Of a stretch of 64,000 nt of DNA, positions 37,369 through 46,720 are shown piece after piece. How positions within the stretch are numbered: position 1 is the first letter of the stretch; every line of letters starts with the position of its first letter. Under the pieces are notes generated by a model that saw nothing but the letters and a program-made list of their open reading frames with translations, did not search any database and was not told the DNA's origin. Source of the stretch: a virus (taxonomy: Duplodnaviria; Caudoviricetes); the IMG/VR virus record IMGVR_UViG_2721755486_000001, positions 32,001-96,000 of that record; one strand, written 5' to 3'. Both the position numbers and the translations under genes were made by a program.

Positions 37369-38816
37369 CCATGGACTACAACCTTTCGAAGGCGCCATCG
37401 TTTTCCTTGCTGGACGAGCCGGCCCTCACGTTTAACAGCGAAGACACAGACCTCGACGAGAACCCGCTGCGCGGCCTTTTGCGTTTCGGTGCCTACAACG
37501 GCAAGACGTTCGAGGGCTACACCCCGAAGCTTCGTGTCGCGACAATCGCCCCTGCATCAGGTTGGCCGAAGCTCAAAGGCTTGGTGGACACGATCCGATC
37601 AGGTCACGAGGCGAGCGACCGGCGCAACTACGTGCCGTCGTTCCCCGGATTTGAAAACCTGTTTCGCGTTCCGCTCGTCGCGGGGCCGAAGGACGTGCAC
37701 ATTAAGTGGCCCGACGATCTCATGGCCCTGGCGCGTACTGGGGCGCCCCATGAGCGGTTGTTTTCGGCGATGTCGGAAGCCATGGCGCGTCTCGATGCGT
37801 TGCACGATCAGTTTGATGTCGTCTTGGTACATCTCCCTGATGCGTGGGCAACGGCATTCACGGCCAACGGATTCGACGCCCACGACGCGTTGAAGGCCCT
37901 TGGAGCCCGGTACGCCATCCCAACGCAGGTCATCAACGATCGCGTTTTCACATTCCGGCTCAAGGCGTCGTTGGCCTGGCGCCTGGCCATCGCGCTCTTC
38001 ACCAAGGCGGGCGGCATTCCCTGGAAACTCGCGCCGATGGTCGGTGTACCAGAAGACACGGCCTATATCGGTCTCGCCTACGCGTTGCGCGGGGACCCCA
38101 AGTCCGCGCAGTTCGTCACGTGCTGCTCGCAGGTGTTCGACGCGGACGGCGGTGGCATGCAGTTCGTCGCTTTCGAGGCCAAGGAGCAGGTGGCGGATCC
38201 GCGCGAAGCCAGACGGAACCCGTTTCTCAGTCGGAGCGACATGCGGGCGGTAATGGCACGTAGCCTGAGCCTCTACCTTGGGCGTAATGGTGGACGGCTG
38301 CCGCGACGTCTCGTCGTCCACAAAACGACGTCGTTCAAGGACGAAGAACTCCAAGGCGTTTTCGACGGCCTGTCGACGGTTCCAGAGGTGGAGTGCATCG
38401 AGATCGGCAGCAGCGCCACATGGCGTGGCGTGTGGCTGAAGCAGGGAAAGAAGGGCGGACCCAAAAGTGTGCCTGATCGAGCGCCGGTGCCGCGGGGAAC
38501 TGTCCTCACGCGAACGGACCGGTCGGCGCTGTTGTGGGCATCGGGCAATGCCCCGTCGGCAGCGCTCAGCGGTGCCTTGTTTTTCCAGGGAAGCAAGAGC
38601 ATTCCGCGCCCGCTCAACATCATCCGTCACGCGGGCAGCGGTCCGCTGGAAGTTGCTGCGTTGGAAACCCTCGCGCTGACCAAAATGGACTGGAACAACG
38701 ACGCGTTGTACGACCCGGTTCCGGTGACCATTCGCTATTCGCAACGGCTCGCACGTACCATCGCGAATGTGCCAGATCTTCCGGGGCATGCGTACCCCTA
38801 TCGCCTCTTCATGTGA
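37365..38816 (+). CDS. ago: short prokaryotic Argonaute (MID-PIWI, catalytically inactive)
   Basis: 483 aa; HDALK...IPTQ...KAGGIPW MID signature; YIGLAY and VVHKT replace the catalytic Asp motifs; RGT, LTKMDWN, PVTI, YRLFM end. Confidence 0.92.
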   Translation: MTMDYNLSKAPSFSLLDEPALTFNSEDTDLDENPLRGLLRFGAYNGKTFEGYTPKLRVATIAPASGWPKLKGLVDTIRSGHEASDRRNYVPSFPGFENLFRVPLVAGPKDVHIKWPDDLMALARTGAPHERLFSAMSEAMARLDALHDQFDVVLVHLPDAWATAFTANGFDAHDALKALGARYAIPTQVINDRVFTFRLKASLAWRLAIALFTKAGGIPWKLAPMVGVPEDTAYIGLAYALRGDPKSAQFVTCCSQVFDADGGGMQFVAFEAKEQVADPREARRNPFLSRSDMRAVMARSLSLYLGRNGGRLPRRLVVHKTTSFKDEELQGVFDGLSTVPEVECIEIGSSATWRGVWLKQGKKGGPKSVPDRAPVPRGTVLTRTDRSALLWASGNAPSAALSGALFFQGSKSIPRPLNIIRHAGSGPLEVAALETLALTKMDWNNDALYDPVPVTIRYSQRLARTIANVPDLPGHAYPYRLFM

Positions 38817-38821
38817 CTGCT

Positions 38822-39595
38822 ATGTCGAGCCTGACCTCACGTGATCGCCGTTGCCTAGAACCGTTCCTCGACATGGGCAGCGGTCTCGTGCTCAACTTTT
38901 CCGACCGAACGATGGGTGAGTTCTTCCAGGAACAGGTTGGCCTCAACATCTACGACGAGAAGTACCAGTTCAAAGGCACGTCCAAGGCCAAGCGGATGCG
39001 TGCCTTCTGGGAGCTGGAGTCCGACCACACGGTCGCTCGGGCGCTCGACGCGCTGATCGAATGGGGTGAGGAGTTTCGATGCTTGCCGGACGACCCGCAA
39101 CAGCGGGCCGCCGTCGAGGCGATCATTGCCCGGCTGAAACTCAGCAGTCCGGTCCCCGAGGTTGACGCCTTTACGGCGAGCGTCAACGCTCTGGACTTCA
39201 CCGCTGCGGCGAAGCACATTCGGGCCGCGATCGAGGCGAACGAGCCCGCCACGGCTTTGGACCGCGTACACGTCTTCATGATGAAGTTCTTGCGGACGCT
39301 CTGCGAGCGACGCGGCATTGCCGTCACGCGCGAGAAACCGTTGCACAGCCTGATGGGTGAGTACGTGAAGCACCTGCGTGGCTCCGGTCAGATCGAAAGC
39401 GAAATGACCGAGCGGATCCTCAAGACCAGCATCTCGACCCTGGAAGCGATGAACGCGGTTCGCAACGACCAAAGCCTGGCGCACGACAATCCCATGCTGA
39501 ATCACGACGAGGCCGTTCTGATCGTCAGCCACATCGGTGGCCTTGTCCGTTTTCTCAAAACCATCGAAGCGAAGACCCAGGCCAGCCAGTCATGA
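38822..39595 (+). CDS. abortive-infection family protein (AbiJ-like N-terminus plus Abi_C/HEPN C-terminus)
   Basis: MGSGLVLNFSDRT...GTSKAKRMRAFW; VRNDQSLAHDN (Rx6H); starts 5 bp after the ago stop. Confidence 0.75.
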   Translation: MSSLTSRDRRCLEPFLDMGSGLVLNFSDRTMGEFFQEQVGLNIYDEKYQFKGTSKAKRMRAFWELESDHTVARALDALIEWGEEFRCLPDDPQQRAAVEAIIARLKLSSPVPEVDAFTASVNALDFTAAAKHIRAAIEANEPATALDRVHVFMMKFLRTLCERRGIAVTREKPLHSLMGEYVKHLRGSGQIESEMTERILKTSISTLEAMNAVRNDQSLAHDNPMLNHDEAVLIVSHIGGLVRFLKTIEAKTQASQS

Positions 39596-40113
39596 CCACC
39601 CAGAAGACCTCCAAACGCGGCGAGTTCAACCCCAACTGGCCAGTGCCCGACGATTACCTGCTCGAACTCGGGCGCATGGTGAGCGTGTGGGGCTCCCTCG
39701 AATCGACGACGGCGGTCGCGATCTCGAAACTGGCCGGCTACGAGTCGCCGACCGACATCCGCGCGTTGGCGATGGTGGCGCACAGCAACTTCCAGCAGCG
39801 GGTGGACATCGTAAGCTCCCTGTGTGGGCAGCTCGTGGATCAGGTGCCTCATTTAAAGGACTACGAGGCCGTCATCAAGAAGGTACGGGCGGCCCAGGCG
39901 GGGCGCAACAAGTACGCGCACAACGCGCTTTCTCTGGACGAGGATGGTCTGGTTCACATCGCATACATGTCGGCCCGCGGCACCTTCAAGACCAACGTTG
40001 AGATCGTGCGGGTCGCCGACATCAAGGAGGTCACCGCCAAGATCCACGAAGCGGCGGTGGCGCTGCATGGATTGATCACCAATACCGCAACCAAACCCAT
40101 GTGGGAGCGCTGA
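39592..40113 (+). CDS. stand-alone HEPN-like protein
   Basis: LGRMVSVWGSLE...GRNKYAH (Rx4H); ATGA overlap with the upstream gene. Confidence 0.65.
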   Translation: MTTQKTSKRGEFNPNWPVPDDYLLELGRMVSVWGSLESTTAVAISKLAGYESPTDIRALAMVAHSNFQQRVDIVSSLCGQLVDQVPHLKDYEAVIKKVRAAQAGRNKYAHNALSLDEDGLVHIAYMSARGTFKTNVEIVRVADIKEVTAKIHEAAVALHGLITNTATKPMWER

Positions 40114-40152
40114 GCGCAGGTTGGGCAACAGCGTTGGCGGCTTGGGCGGAGG

Positions 40153-40869
40153 TCATCGGCGTTTGCTCAAGCGCAGCGTTCGAAGGCAGCGCCTCCACCA
40201 GGCCCTCTTCGGGTAGGGGGCCGGCAGGTTGCGGAAGCGGAAGGGGGTCCCGCTCTCGGGGGCTTCCAGGAAGATCCGCAACCCGATGTTGCCTGGGCGC
40301 GGGTCCGTCTCCTCGAAGATCCGCTCGAAGTCCGCCTGCGCCACCGGGTCCGGGCGACCGTCGGGCCACTTCGCGAACGCGTGGACGATGACCGCCGAAT
40401 GCGGTTCGATCCCGCCGGTGCGCTGGGCCCGGGGGACGGCGACGGGTTCGCGGTAATAGGTCGGCTGGTGGTACGCGTCGCCTTGGAGCGCGAGGTAGAA
40501 CAGGTTGCGCCAGTGCTCCTCGTGGTCGTCGGCGATCCGGCGGTGGACCTTCACGCCGATCTCGCGCTTCAGCGCCTTGTACGTTTCCAGGTTGCGGGCG
40601 GCCGTCAGCCAGTTCAACCGGTTGGGCGGGACCGGGGCGGTCTGGGTGCCGTCAACGGTCAGGGCGTTGTACGCGCGTTCGAGCGCTCGCACGGCCTGGT
40701 CGAGCAGCGCCGCGCTTTTCTGGTAGCGCAACGGGCGGGTGATGGCGAAGACCGAGATGAGCACGGTCACCACCGGCACGGCACCGGCCAGCAGCCGCAG
40801 CTCGCCTTCGGTGAGGTGCTCGATGAACGACATCACCGCCGTCCACGTGTGCGACAACCACGCGATCAT
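40153..40869 (-). CDS. hypothetical protein with N-terminal membrane anchor
   Basis: GGAGG RBS; ATGA overlap with the upstream nuclease; TM segment LLAGAVPVVTVLISVFAI. Confidence 0.65.
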   Translation of the reverse strand: MIAWLSHTWTAVMSFIEHLTEGELRLLAGAVPVVTVLISVFAITRPLRYQKSAALLDQAVRALERAYNALTVDGTQTAPVPPNRLNWLTAARNLETYKALKREIGVKVHRRIADDHEEHWRNLFYLALQGDAYHQPTYYREPVAVPRAQRTGGIEPHSAVIVHAFAKWPDGRPDPVAQADFERIFEETDPRPGNIGLRIFLEAPESGTPFRFRNLPAPYPKRAWWRRCLRTLRLSKRR

Positions 40870-41711
40870 GCCCGACCTCCGGGTGCGGGCACGCTCAGCG
40901 CGACGGGCGCGAGGTCCACGCTCAGGCGGTACTCCATGAGCTGAACGCGCGGGGCGACCTTGCCGGCGTATTTCAGCTTGTCGGAGATCGAGTTCGCCAC
41001 GATCACCCCGGACACGGTCTTGCCCTTGGCCACGTGGTGCTCGATCCACCCCATGTAGCGCTGCACCTGACCCAGCGCGGCGTCCGGCCCCCGGCCCAGC
41101 TTCAGCTCGAACACCACGAAGTTCCCCTCGCGATCCAGGAACACGAGGTCGGCGGGCCCGCAATCGGTCTGGTACTCCACGCCGTCCCGTCCGTCGGCGT
41201 CGACGAACAGGGTGAGGGGGCCGTGCGTGGTGGTGCTGGGCGGGTTCCGCGCCAGGTAGTCCCGCAGGTGGCTCTCGAGCGCGAACGCTCCACCGCCGAA
41301 CCCATCGTCCACCGGCTCGGCGGTGTCGATGTCGGGCGTGGCGGGCACCTCTTCGGTGGAGTCGTCCACGCGGCGGACCTTCAACCCCTCGGGGGTCTCC
41401 TCGATCGACCACAGGCCGTGCTTGTCAGGGTCGTACCAGACGACCTTGCCGCGCCCGGTGGCGTAGAGGAAGTCGTACGGCCCGTTGGCCAGGCGGGGTT
41501 TCTTGTTCTCCGGGTAGTGCACCCGGCTCGGGCGGTTGACCGTGCAGATGACGATCTGACAGTTCACCGTTCCCACGTTCAGGTCGGGGTAGTCCTGAGC
41601 CAGGATCTGCCGGATCTCGGCGTTGCTGATCTCACGGCCCAGGCCGAGCGGCTTCACCGCGTCGCGGATCAGTTGCCAGATGGGCGGGCGGTTGGTGGGG
41701 GTGGTGCTCAC
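40866..41711 (-). CDS. NucS/EndoMS-like PD-(D/E)xK endonuclease with N-terminal winged-helix-like domain
   Basis: ESHLRDYL...GVEY...GPADLV...VVFELK...GQVQRY; GTG start with GAGGG RBS. Confidence 0.8.
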   Translation of the reverse strand: MSTTPTNRPPIWQLIRDAVKPLGLGREISNAEIRQILAQDYPDLNVGTVNCQIVICTVNRPSRVHYPENKKPRLANGPYDFLYATGRGKVVWYDPDKHGLWSIEETPEGLKVRRVDDSTEEVPATPDIDTAEPVDDGFGGGAFALESHLRDYLARNPPSTTTHGPLTLFVDADGRDGVEYQTDCGPADLVFLDREGNFVVFELKLGRGPDAALGQVQRYMGWIEHHVAKGKTVSGVIVANSISDKLKYAGKVAPRVQLMEYRLSVDLAPVALSVPAPGGRA

Positions 41712-41864
41712 GGCTCGGGTCCCTCGCGTTGGTCTTGTCGCTGGGCGCCACGCCCAGGCAGGCACCGATTGAACCACGTCGCATCGTGCGGGCACCAGCG
41801 GAAAAGTGTTGCTCTCGGTCGCTGCGCGAACCACCCCCGGGGCTGGAGGCCCGGGCGGGGACAA

Positions 41865-41923
41865 CCGGTGCTGACGCCGATGAGGCCGCAGGCGGGGTTC
41901 GTGCGCAGGAGCCCCCGGCTCCG
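41865..41923 (+). repeat. structured intergenic repeat, copy A (B at 51671-51732, C at 54063-54123)
   Basis: GTGCTGACGCCGATGRGGCC-GNA-GGC...GGAGC-loop-GCTCC. Confidence 0.8.
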
Positions 41924-42006
41924 AGGTCTTGCACGGGACACCGTCGACCCGGACGGAAGAGGGGTGCCGTTGCACCCCTTAGCCCCGCGCCCGGCGAACC
42001 GCTGGG

Positions 42007-44529
42007 CTACACCGTCGTCGGCACCGCGATCACCGGCGGCACCACCGGCGTCACCGTCACGACCTCCGGCACCATGCGGAGCTGGTTCGGCGTGAACGTC
42101 CGGTAGCGTCCGGTCCACAGCTTGCCGCGACGGTAAAGGAAGCGCCACGTGCTCGGCGCTGCCAGCAGGGCCTTGACCCGGTGGTGGTCGGCCGGGTTCT
42201 TCGCACGCACCACGAAGCCCGACGCCCACAGGAAGCGCCCACCGAGTTGCCCGGGGGTCACGTCAACCGGCGTCATCGGGCCGTCCACCATGCACGGCAC
42301 CAGCAGCAGACACTCGTTCGGGTCGAACGCGTAGAGCCCCTGCTTGCGCCCGTAGGCGTGCCACGCCTCGTAGCCGCGCAGGTCGCCCCCGTCGCGTGCG
42401 TGCAGCAGGTCCGAGTGGCCACGGAACCAGTCCAGCACCTCGGGATCGAGCTGCGCCTCGGGCACCACCTTCAGCTCCGCGTCGTACGGGCAGAGCATGC
42501 GGTGGGCGTGCTGGACGTCGGCGAGCGTCTCGGTCTTGGTCAGCTTCAGGAACAGCGGGGCGTCCTGCAACGGCAGGCGCACCTCGCGCCCGTGGCGGTT
42601 CGTCGCACGCACCGCGTCACCGTCGACCGTCCAGTTCTCCACCACGTACGCCCCGTTGGCGTTGGTGTTCACCCCCACCAGCACCTCGGCGAGTTCGTCC
42701 AGCGTGGTGGCGTCGGGGTCGATCGCGTCCCCGGGCATCGCCGGGTCCAGCGCCCACGCAGCCGGGCCCATCGCTTCGTCGCTCTGGCGGAACGCGACCG
42801 TCCACGGGGTGTCGCTCTCGTGCGGCATGTCCGTGCGGAACAGCACCGGTGCCTGGGTGGCCGGGCCGGTCACCACGATCGCGGTCAGCACGCTCGCCCC
42901 CAGCGGCCCGAGGAAGACGCGGCGGTGCTCGAAGTCCACCACCGAGCGGACACGCGGGCGCAGCAGGTTGCGCAGGGCCGTCCCGGCCTTGGTGCGCATC
43001 CACGCGTTCGGGGCGATCACCACCGAGCGGTCCGACTGGCTCTGCGCCTGCTCGATGAAGGCCTGGTAGAGGTCTGCCATTCCCTTCGCGCAGGTGCTGA
43101 ACGACGCGCGCACGCGCTTTGCGTAGTCCTTCGGCAGCTTGCCCAGCCCCACGTACGGCGGGTTGGCGATCGTCACGGAGAACGTGCCGGGCCAGCCGTC
43201 GAACAGGGCATCCCCGACGCGGGCGTTCAGCTCCGACGTCACGCCGTGCTCGGAGAAGAACGTGCGGTAGAGCGTGCGGAGATCTTCGACCGCCTGACCG
43301 TCCAGATCACCGACGAACAGCTTCTGCTCGCAGTAGCGCGCGACCTGCTCGTGCGTCAGGCCACGGGCCAGCCAGTGGGCGACGATGGCGAACACGATCG
43401 ACCCACGGCCGCACGACGGCTCCAGCACCGTTTCGTGGGGCTGCAGGCGGGCCAGCTCGACCATCGCGCTCGCCAGCTCGAACGGGGTGTAGACGACCCC
43501 GCCGACCATGCGCCCCTGGGCGTCCATCCCCGACGCGCGGACCAGCTCGGCGATGCGCTCGTACACCGCCGGGATCGTCATGGGCGCGACGGCAGGCTCC
43601 GCCACCGGCTCGGTCGGCGAAACGGCGGCCGGTTCCTCGACGGCCGGCTGGACCACCACCTCGGCGACGTCCGCGAACCAGTCGGTGGCGGCGAACAGGC
43701 GGTCGACCACGGCGGTCTCGTAGGCCCGCACCATCTCGCCGTTGGCGATGCTCGGGTTCCCGGCGACGCAGGCCTTGATCGGGGACCAGTCCACGGCTTC
43801 GAAGAGCGCGCGGACCTCGGCGACCCGGTTGCGGTCGGTCACGCGCACGAGGCGGTGGGAGTTCTTGCTCAGGTGCTTGGCGTCGAGGTCCTTCACCGCG
43901 CCGGCGTTCACCCCGATGCGCTGGATCGCGAAGTCGGCGGTGTCGCGCTGGGCGTACGGCACGAACGCGAAATCCGCGTGCGTGGTGGGCAGCACGATCA
44001 GCGCGCGCTGCTCGTCGCGGCGCTCCCACACCTGGAAGACCGTGGGCACCGCGGCCGGCTGGCCCTCGAAGATGAACGCGTCGAGCGGCAGCACCTCCTC
44101 GTGGACGAGGTGGAACGCGCGGGCGAGCTTGTTCTGGACCGACGGTTTTTGCCACGAGCGCGGCACGATGAACGCGATGCGTTCGGCGCCCAGCTCGGCG
44201 CAGCGGTTGAAGAACGCGACGTCGTGCTTGAACGGCGGGTTGCCCACCACCACGAGCGGGCGATCGTCACCGGTCGGGGGCGTCCAGTTAAGGAAATCCG
44301 CCTGAACGGCCCCCGGGCACTTCGGGTCGAGGTCCACCCCGAGGGCGTCCTCGGGCAGCAGCGAGAGGAATGCCCCGGTGCCGCACGACGGCTCGAGCCA
44401 GCGCACGCCGTGCGACCAGCGATCACCGAGGTGGTCGGCGATCAGCTCGTCGAAAAGGCGTTGAGCCAGTTGGGGGTTGGTGTAAAACTGGTCGAGATCA
44501 CGACCGATGGAGTTGCGTTGGGTCTTCAC
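42007..44529 (-). CDS. orphan tandem DNA amino-methyltransferase (two MTase domains plus TRD-like region)
   Basis: Domain 1: DQFYT, LEPSCGTG, GNPPF. Domain 2: GVVYTP, LEPSCGRG, ANPPY. No nuclease motif seen. Confidence 0.85.
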   Translation of the reverse strand: MKTQRNSIGRDLDQFYTNPQLAQRLFDELIADHLGDRWSHGVRWLEPSCGTGAFLSLLPEDALGVDLDPKCPGAVQADFLNWTPPTGDDRPLVVVGNPPFKHDVAFFNRCAELGAERIAFIVPRSWQKPSVQNKLARAFHLVHEEVLPLDAFIFEGQPAAVPTVFQVWERRDEQRALIVLPTTHADFAFVPYAQRDTADFAIQRIGVNAGAVKDLDAKHLSKNSHRLVRVTDRNRVAEVRALFEAVDWSPIKACVAGNPSIANGEMVRAYETAVVDRLFAATDWFADVAEVVVQPAVEEPAAVSPTEPVAEPAVAPMTIPAVYERIAELVRASGMDAQGRMVGGVVYTPFELASAMVELARLQPHETVLEPSCGRGSIVFAIVAHWLARGLTHEQVARYCEQKLFVGDLDGQAVEDLRTLYRTFFSEHGVTSELNARVGDALFDGWPGTFSVTIANPPYVGLGKLPKDYAKRVRASFSTCAKGMADLYQAFIEQAQSQSDRSVVIAPNAWMRTKAGTALRNLLRPRVRSVVDFEHRRVFLGPLGASVLTAIVVTGPATQAPVLFRTDMPHESDTPWTVAFRQSDEAMGPAAWALDPAMPGDAIDPDATTLDELAEVLVGVNTNANGAYVVENWTVDGDAVRATNRHGREVRLPLQDAPLFLKLTKTETLADVQHAHRMLCPYDAELKVVPEAQLDPEVLDWFRGHSDLLHARDGGDLRGYEAWHAYGRKQGLYAFDPNECLLLVPCMVDGPMTPVDVTPGQLGGRFLWASGFVVRAKNPADHHRVKALLAAPSTWRFLYRRGKLWTGRYRTFTPNQLRMVPEVVTVTPVVPPVIAVPTTV

Positions 44530-44584
44530 GAGGTCCGCTCCGAAGTGGATGGACCTCTACTTTTTTCTCCCACACCTCCGTAGC

Positions 44585-44626
44585 TGAGTCGCTCCCCGCA
44601 CGGGGCCTGGACCGCTTCGCGACTCA
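44585..44626. promoter_or_regulatory. TGAGTCGC-N26-GCGACTCA site (1 of 5)
   Basis: Inverted repeat between the divergent MTase and 448-aa genes. Confidence 0.7.
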
Positions 44627-44711
44627 CTTCCCGTAGCCCCGCGTCCCGGAAGGGCTGCCGCCCGTCGGGCTACAATCCCTGGAACAACACGACCAGCACA
44701 CCGGGGGCGGG

Positions 44712-46058
44712 ATGGCGACGGGCAAGGCAGCAGGGAAGGCGAACGCAACGACCAAAACGAAACGATCGGACGAGCGCGCGGACGACTGGAAGACCGTCCG
44801 GGGCAAGGCCTGGTCGCGCACGATGCGCTCGACGGTGGAGCGGGTGCTCAACCGGTCGGAGGACCTGCCGCCCCGGCTACGGGAGCCGCGTTTTCGCGCG
44901 CACCTGCTGCTGTCGTTGAAGCACCTCACGGGGGACGGGCGCGACGTGGACGACGCCCCGGACAAGGTGTGGATGATCTCGGGCCGGCAGATGGACAAGC
45001 TCAACGAGGCGCAGCGCGAGCAGCAGGGCGGTACCACGGGCAACGCCTGGACCCGGTGGGAGAACGGGGCGAACGTGCCGTCCGAGGACAAGATCCGCGG
45101 CACCTTCGGGCTGTTCCCCGGACACGAAACGGTGCTGGGCACCGACCACGACGGCAAGCCCTTTAAGGCGATCGACGTGGGCTTCGCGGAACTGTACTGG
45201 TCGGTCGGCCCGTGCGCGGACGACACTGTGACACCCGTACCGCTTTGGGCGATGATGGGCGGCGACACCTCGATCGCGGCCCTCTGGGTCCCCGTTCTGC
45301 GCTACCACGACGGCAGCGGCTTGGAGGGTCACGCGGTCGCGGACCACTTGGACACTGGCGTGGCGTTCGTCCGTTCGGACGTGCCGGCGGCGGGATCCGG
45401 GGCGAAGCATTCGATGTTCCCCAAGCCTGGCTTCACCCGATCGCCCGACGCAGCACCGTCGGCGTTCGACGGCCCGGCGCGCGCAGCGAACCTGCGTCTG
45501 AACCGGCGCCCGTTGCTCAACCCCGACCTCTCGCCGGCGGATCAGGTCACCCTCCTGAAGGCGAATACCAGCCACCAGGCGCAGCAGCTCGCCGAGCTGG
45601 GTGCGGATAGCTTTCTGCACCTCATGGGCGTCAGCAGCACCGAACGTGCGGGTGAGGGCAGCGCGCTCAGCGTGGGCGACGTAATCGTGCTGGCCTTGGC
45701 CACGATCTTCGCGAAGGGTGAGCGGGGCGACCTGCGCAGCCGGCTGGAAGACCCGGTCTTCACGGCGCTGCGCGAGCGGCACCGCGCGATCGTCCGGTGG
45801 GCCGCTCCGTTTGGGATCGAGGCCGGCGTGCGTCGCTGGTTGCGCACGCTGCACGGCGATTACCTGGACCGCAACGGCTACGCGTTCCTGCCGGTGGAGA
45901 CACCGGCACGGCCAGACGAGGAGCTGGAGTACGACCGGGACGACCCGGAAGCGGAGTACCTGGCGCACGAGGACAACGTGCCCACCGTCACCGCCGAGCG
46001 CGCCCGTCAGGGGCGTTTGAGCGGCGATCAACGGCTTTCCCGTCGGCGCAAGGCCTGA
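44712..46058 (+). CDS. hypothetical protein with XRE-like HTH segment, candidate regulator
   Basis: 448 aa; AWTRWENGANVPSEDKI resembles the XRE recognition helix region. Confidence 0.55.
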   Translation: MATGKAAGKANATTKTKRSDERADDWKTVRGKAWSRTMRSTVERVLNRSEDLPPRLREPRFRAHLLLSLKHLTGDGRDVDDAPDKVWMISGRQMDKLNEAQREQQGGTTGNAWTRWENGANVPSEDKIRGTFGLFPGHETVLGTDHDGKPFKAIDVGFAELYWSVGPCADDTVTPVPLWAMMGGDTSIAALWVPVLRYHDGSGLEGHAVADHLDTGVAFVRSDVPAAGSGAKHSMFPKPGFTRSPDAAPSAFDGPARAANLRLNRRPLLNPDLSPADQVTLLKANTSHQAQQLAELGADSFLHLMGVSSTERAGEGSALSVGDVIVLALATIFAKGERGDLRSRLEDPVFTALRERHRAIVRWAAPFGIEAGVRRWLRTLHGDYLDRNGYAFLPVETPARPDEELEYDRDDPEAEYLAHEDNVPTVTAERARQGRLSGDQRLSRRRKA

Positions 46059-46167
46059 CGTTCATCGGCTCCGCACCCTGGGGCCGGCCACCGATCGGTA
46101 CCCCGGCTTCCTGCCCGGGTTCCCCGGGGTTTGTTGCCACGGGACCGCTGACCCCATTCCCACCACG

Positions 46168-46234
46168 TGAGTTGCGCGGCGTCCAAACCGCGACGCTGGC
46201 GTAACTCAGCCTGGGCGCCCCCCCCACCCACACT
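46168..46234 (+). promoter_or_regulatory. inverted-repeat site (2 of 5) plus -10-like hexamer
   Basis: TGAGTTGC-N25-GTAACTCA-N20-CACACT. Confidence 0.65.
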
Positions 46235-46267
46235 GGTCTCCGTCGAAACAACTTCACGGTGACCGGC

Positions 46268-46564
46268 ATGACCCAGCAGACCCATACCTTCGCATTCCCG
46301 GGCAAACGCGCCCACCCGATGGTGGACGTCAAACCGCTGATCGAGCAGTCCTGCACCCACGTCCCGGCGTGGGTAGCGCAGGTGCTCGTGCCGCACGACA
46401 CGTTCGAGGAATGCGGCCAGCAGATTGACCGCAACCTCCCGATCGCCAGCCCGACCTACGCCGAAGCCCTCTGGTGGTCGCTTTTGCTCCGCATCCTCCG
46501 GGACGGCTCGGGCCGCATCGTGGTGCGGATGCCGCTCGACGACATCGGCCCGATCGACGGCTAA
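46268..46564 (+). CDS. hypothetical protein
   Basis: 98 aa, directly downstream of site 2. Confidence 0.6.
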   Translation: MTQQTHTFAFPGKRAHPMVDVKPLIEQSCTHVPAWVAQVLVPHDTFEECGQQIDRNLPIASPTYAEALWWSLLLRILRDGSGRIVVRMPLDDIGPIDG

Positions 46565-46608
46565 GGAGGATGGTCGACGCCTAACCCCTCTCCGCATCGC
46601 CCAGCGCT

Positions 46609-46720
46609 TGAGTCGTCCACGGTGCTGGGCGACCCCGCCTCACGACTCACCCAGAGTGGCCCCCCTCGCGATACTGAACCCATCGACACCACACACCCAC
46701 GGAGCAACCCCATGACCACC
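46609..46720 (+). repeat. inverted-repeat site (3 of 5) within a ~78-bp promoter/RBS/start duplication shared with 47816-47928
   Basis: TGAGTCGT-N25-ACGACTCA-N20-GATACT...CACCCACGGAGCAACCCCATGACCACC. Confidence 0.8.

Noticed and set aside
37365-38816. Catalytically active long pAgo, or a SPARTA system
   Set aside because: No N/PAZ domains, the catalytic tetrad is substituted, and the partner has sirtuin rather than TIR motifs
42007-44529. Type IIG restriction-modification fusion
   Set aside because: The N-terminal domain is a second methyltransferase, not a PD-(D/E)xK nuclease
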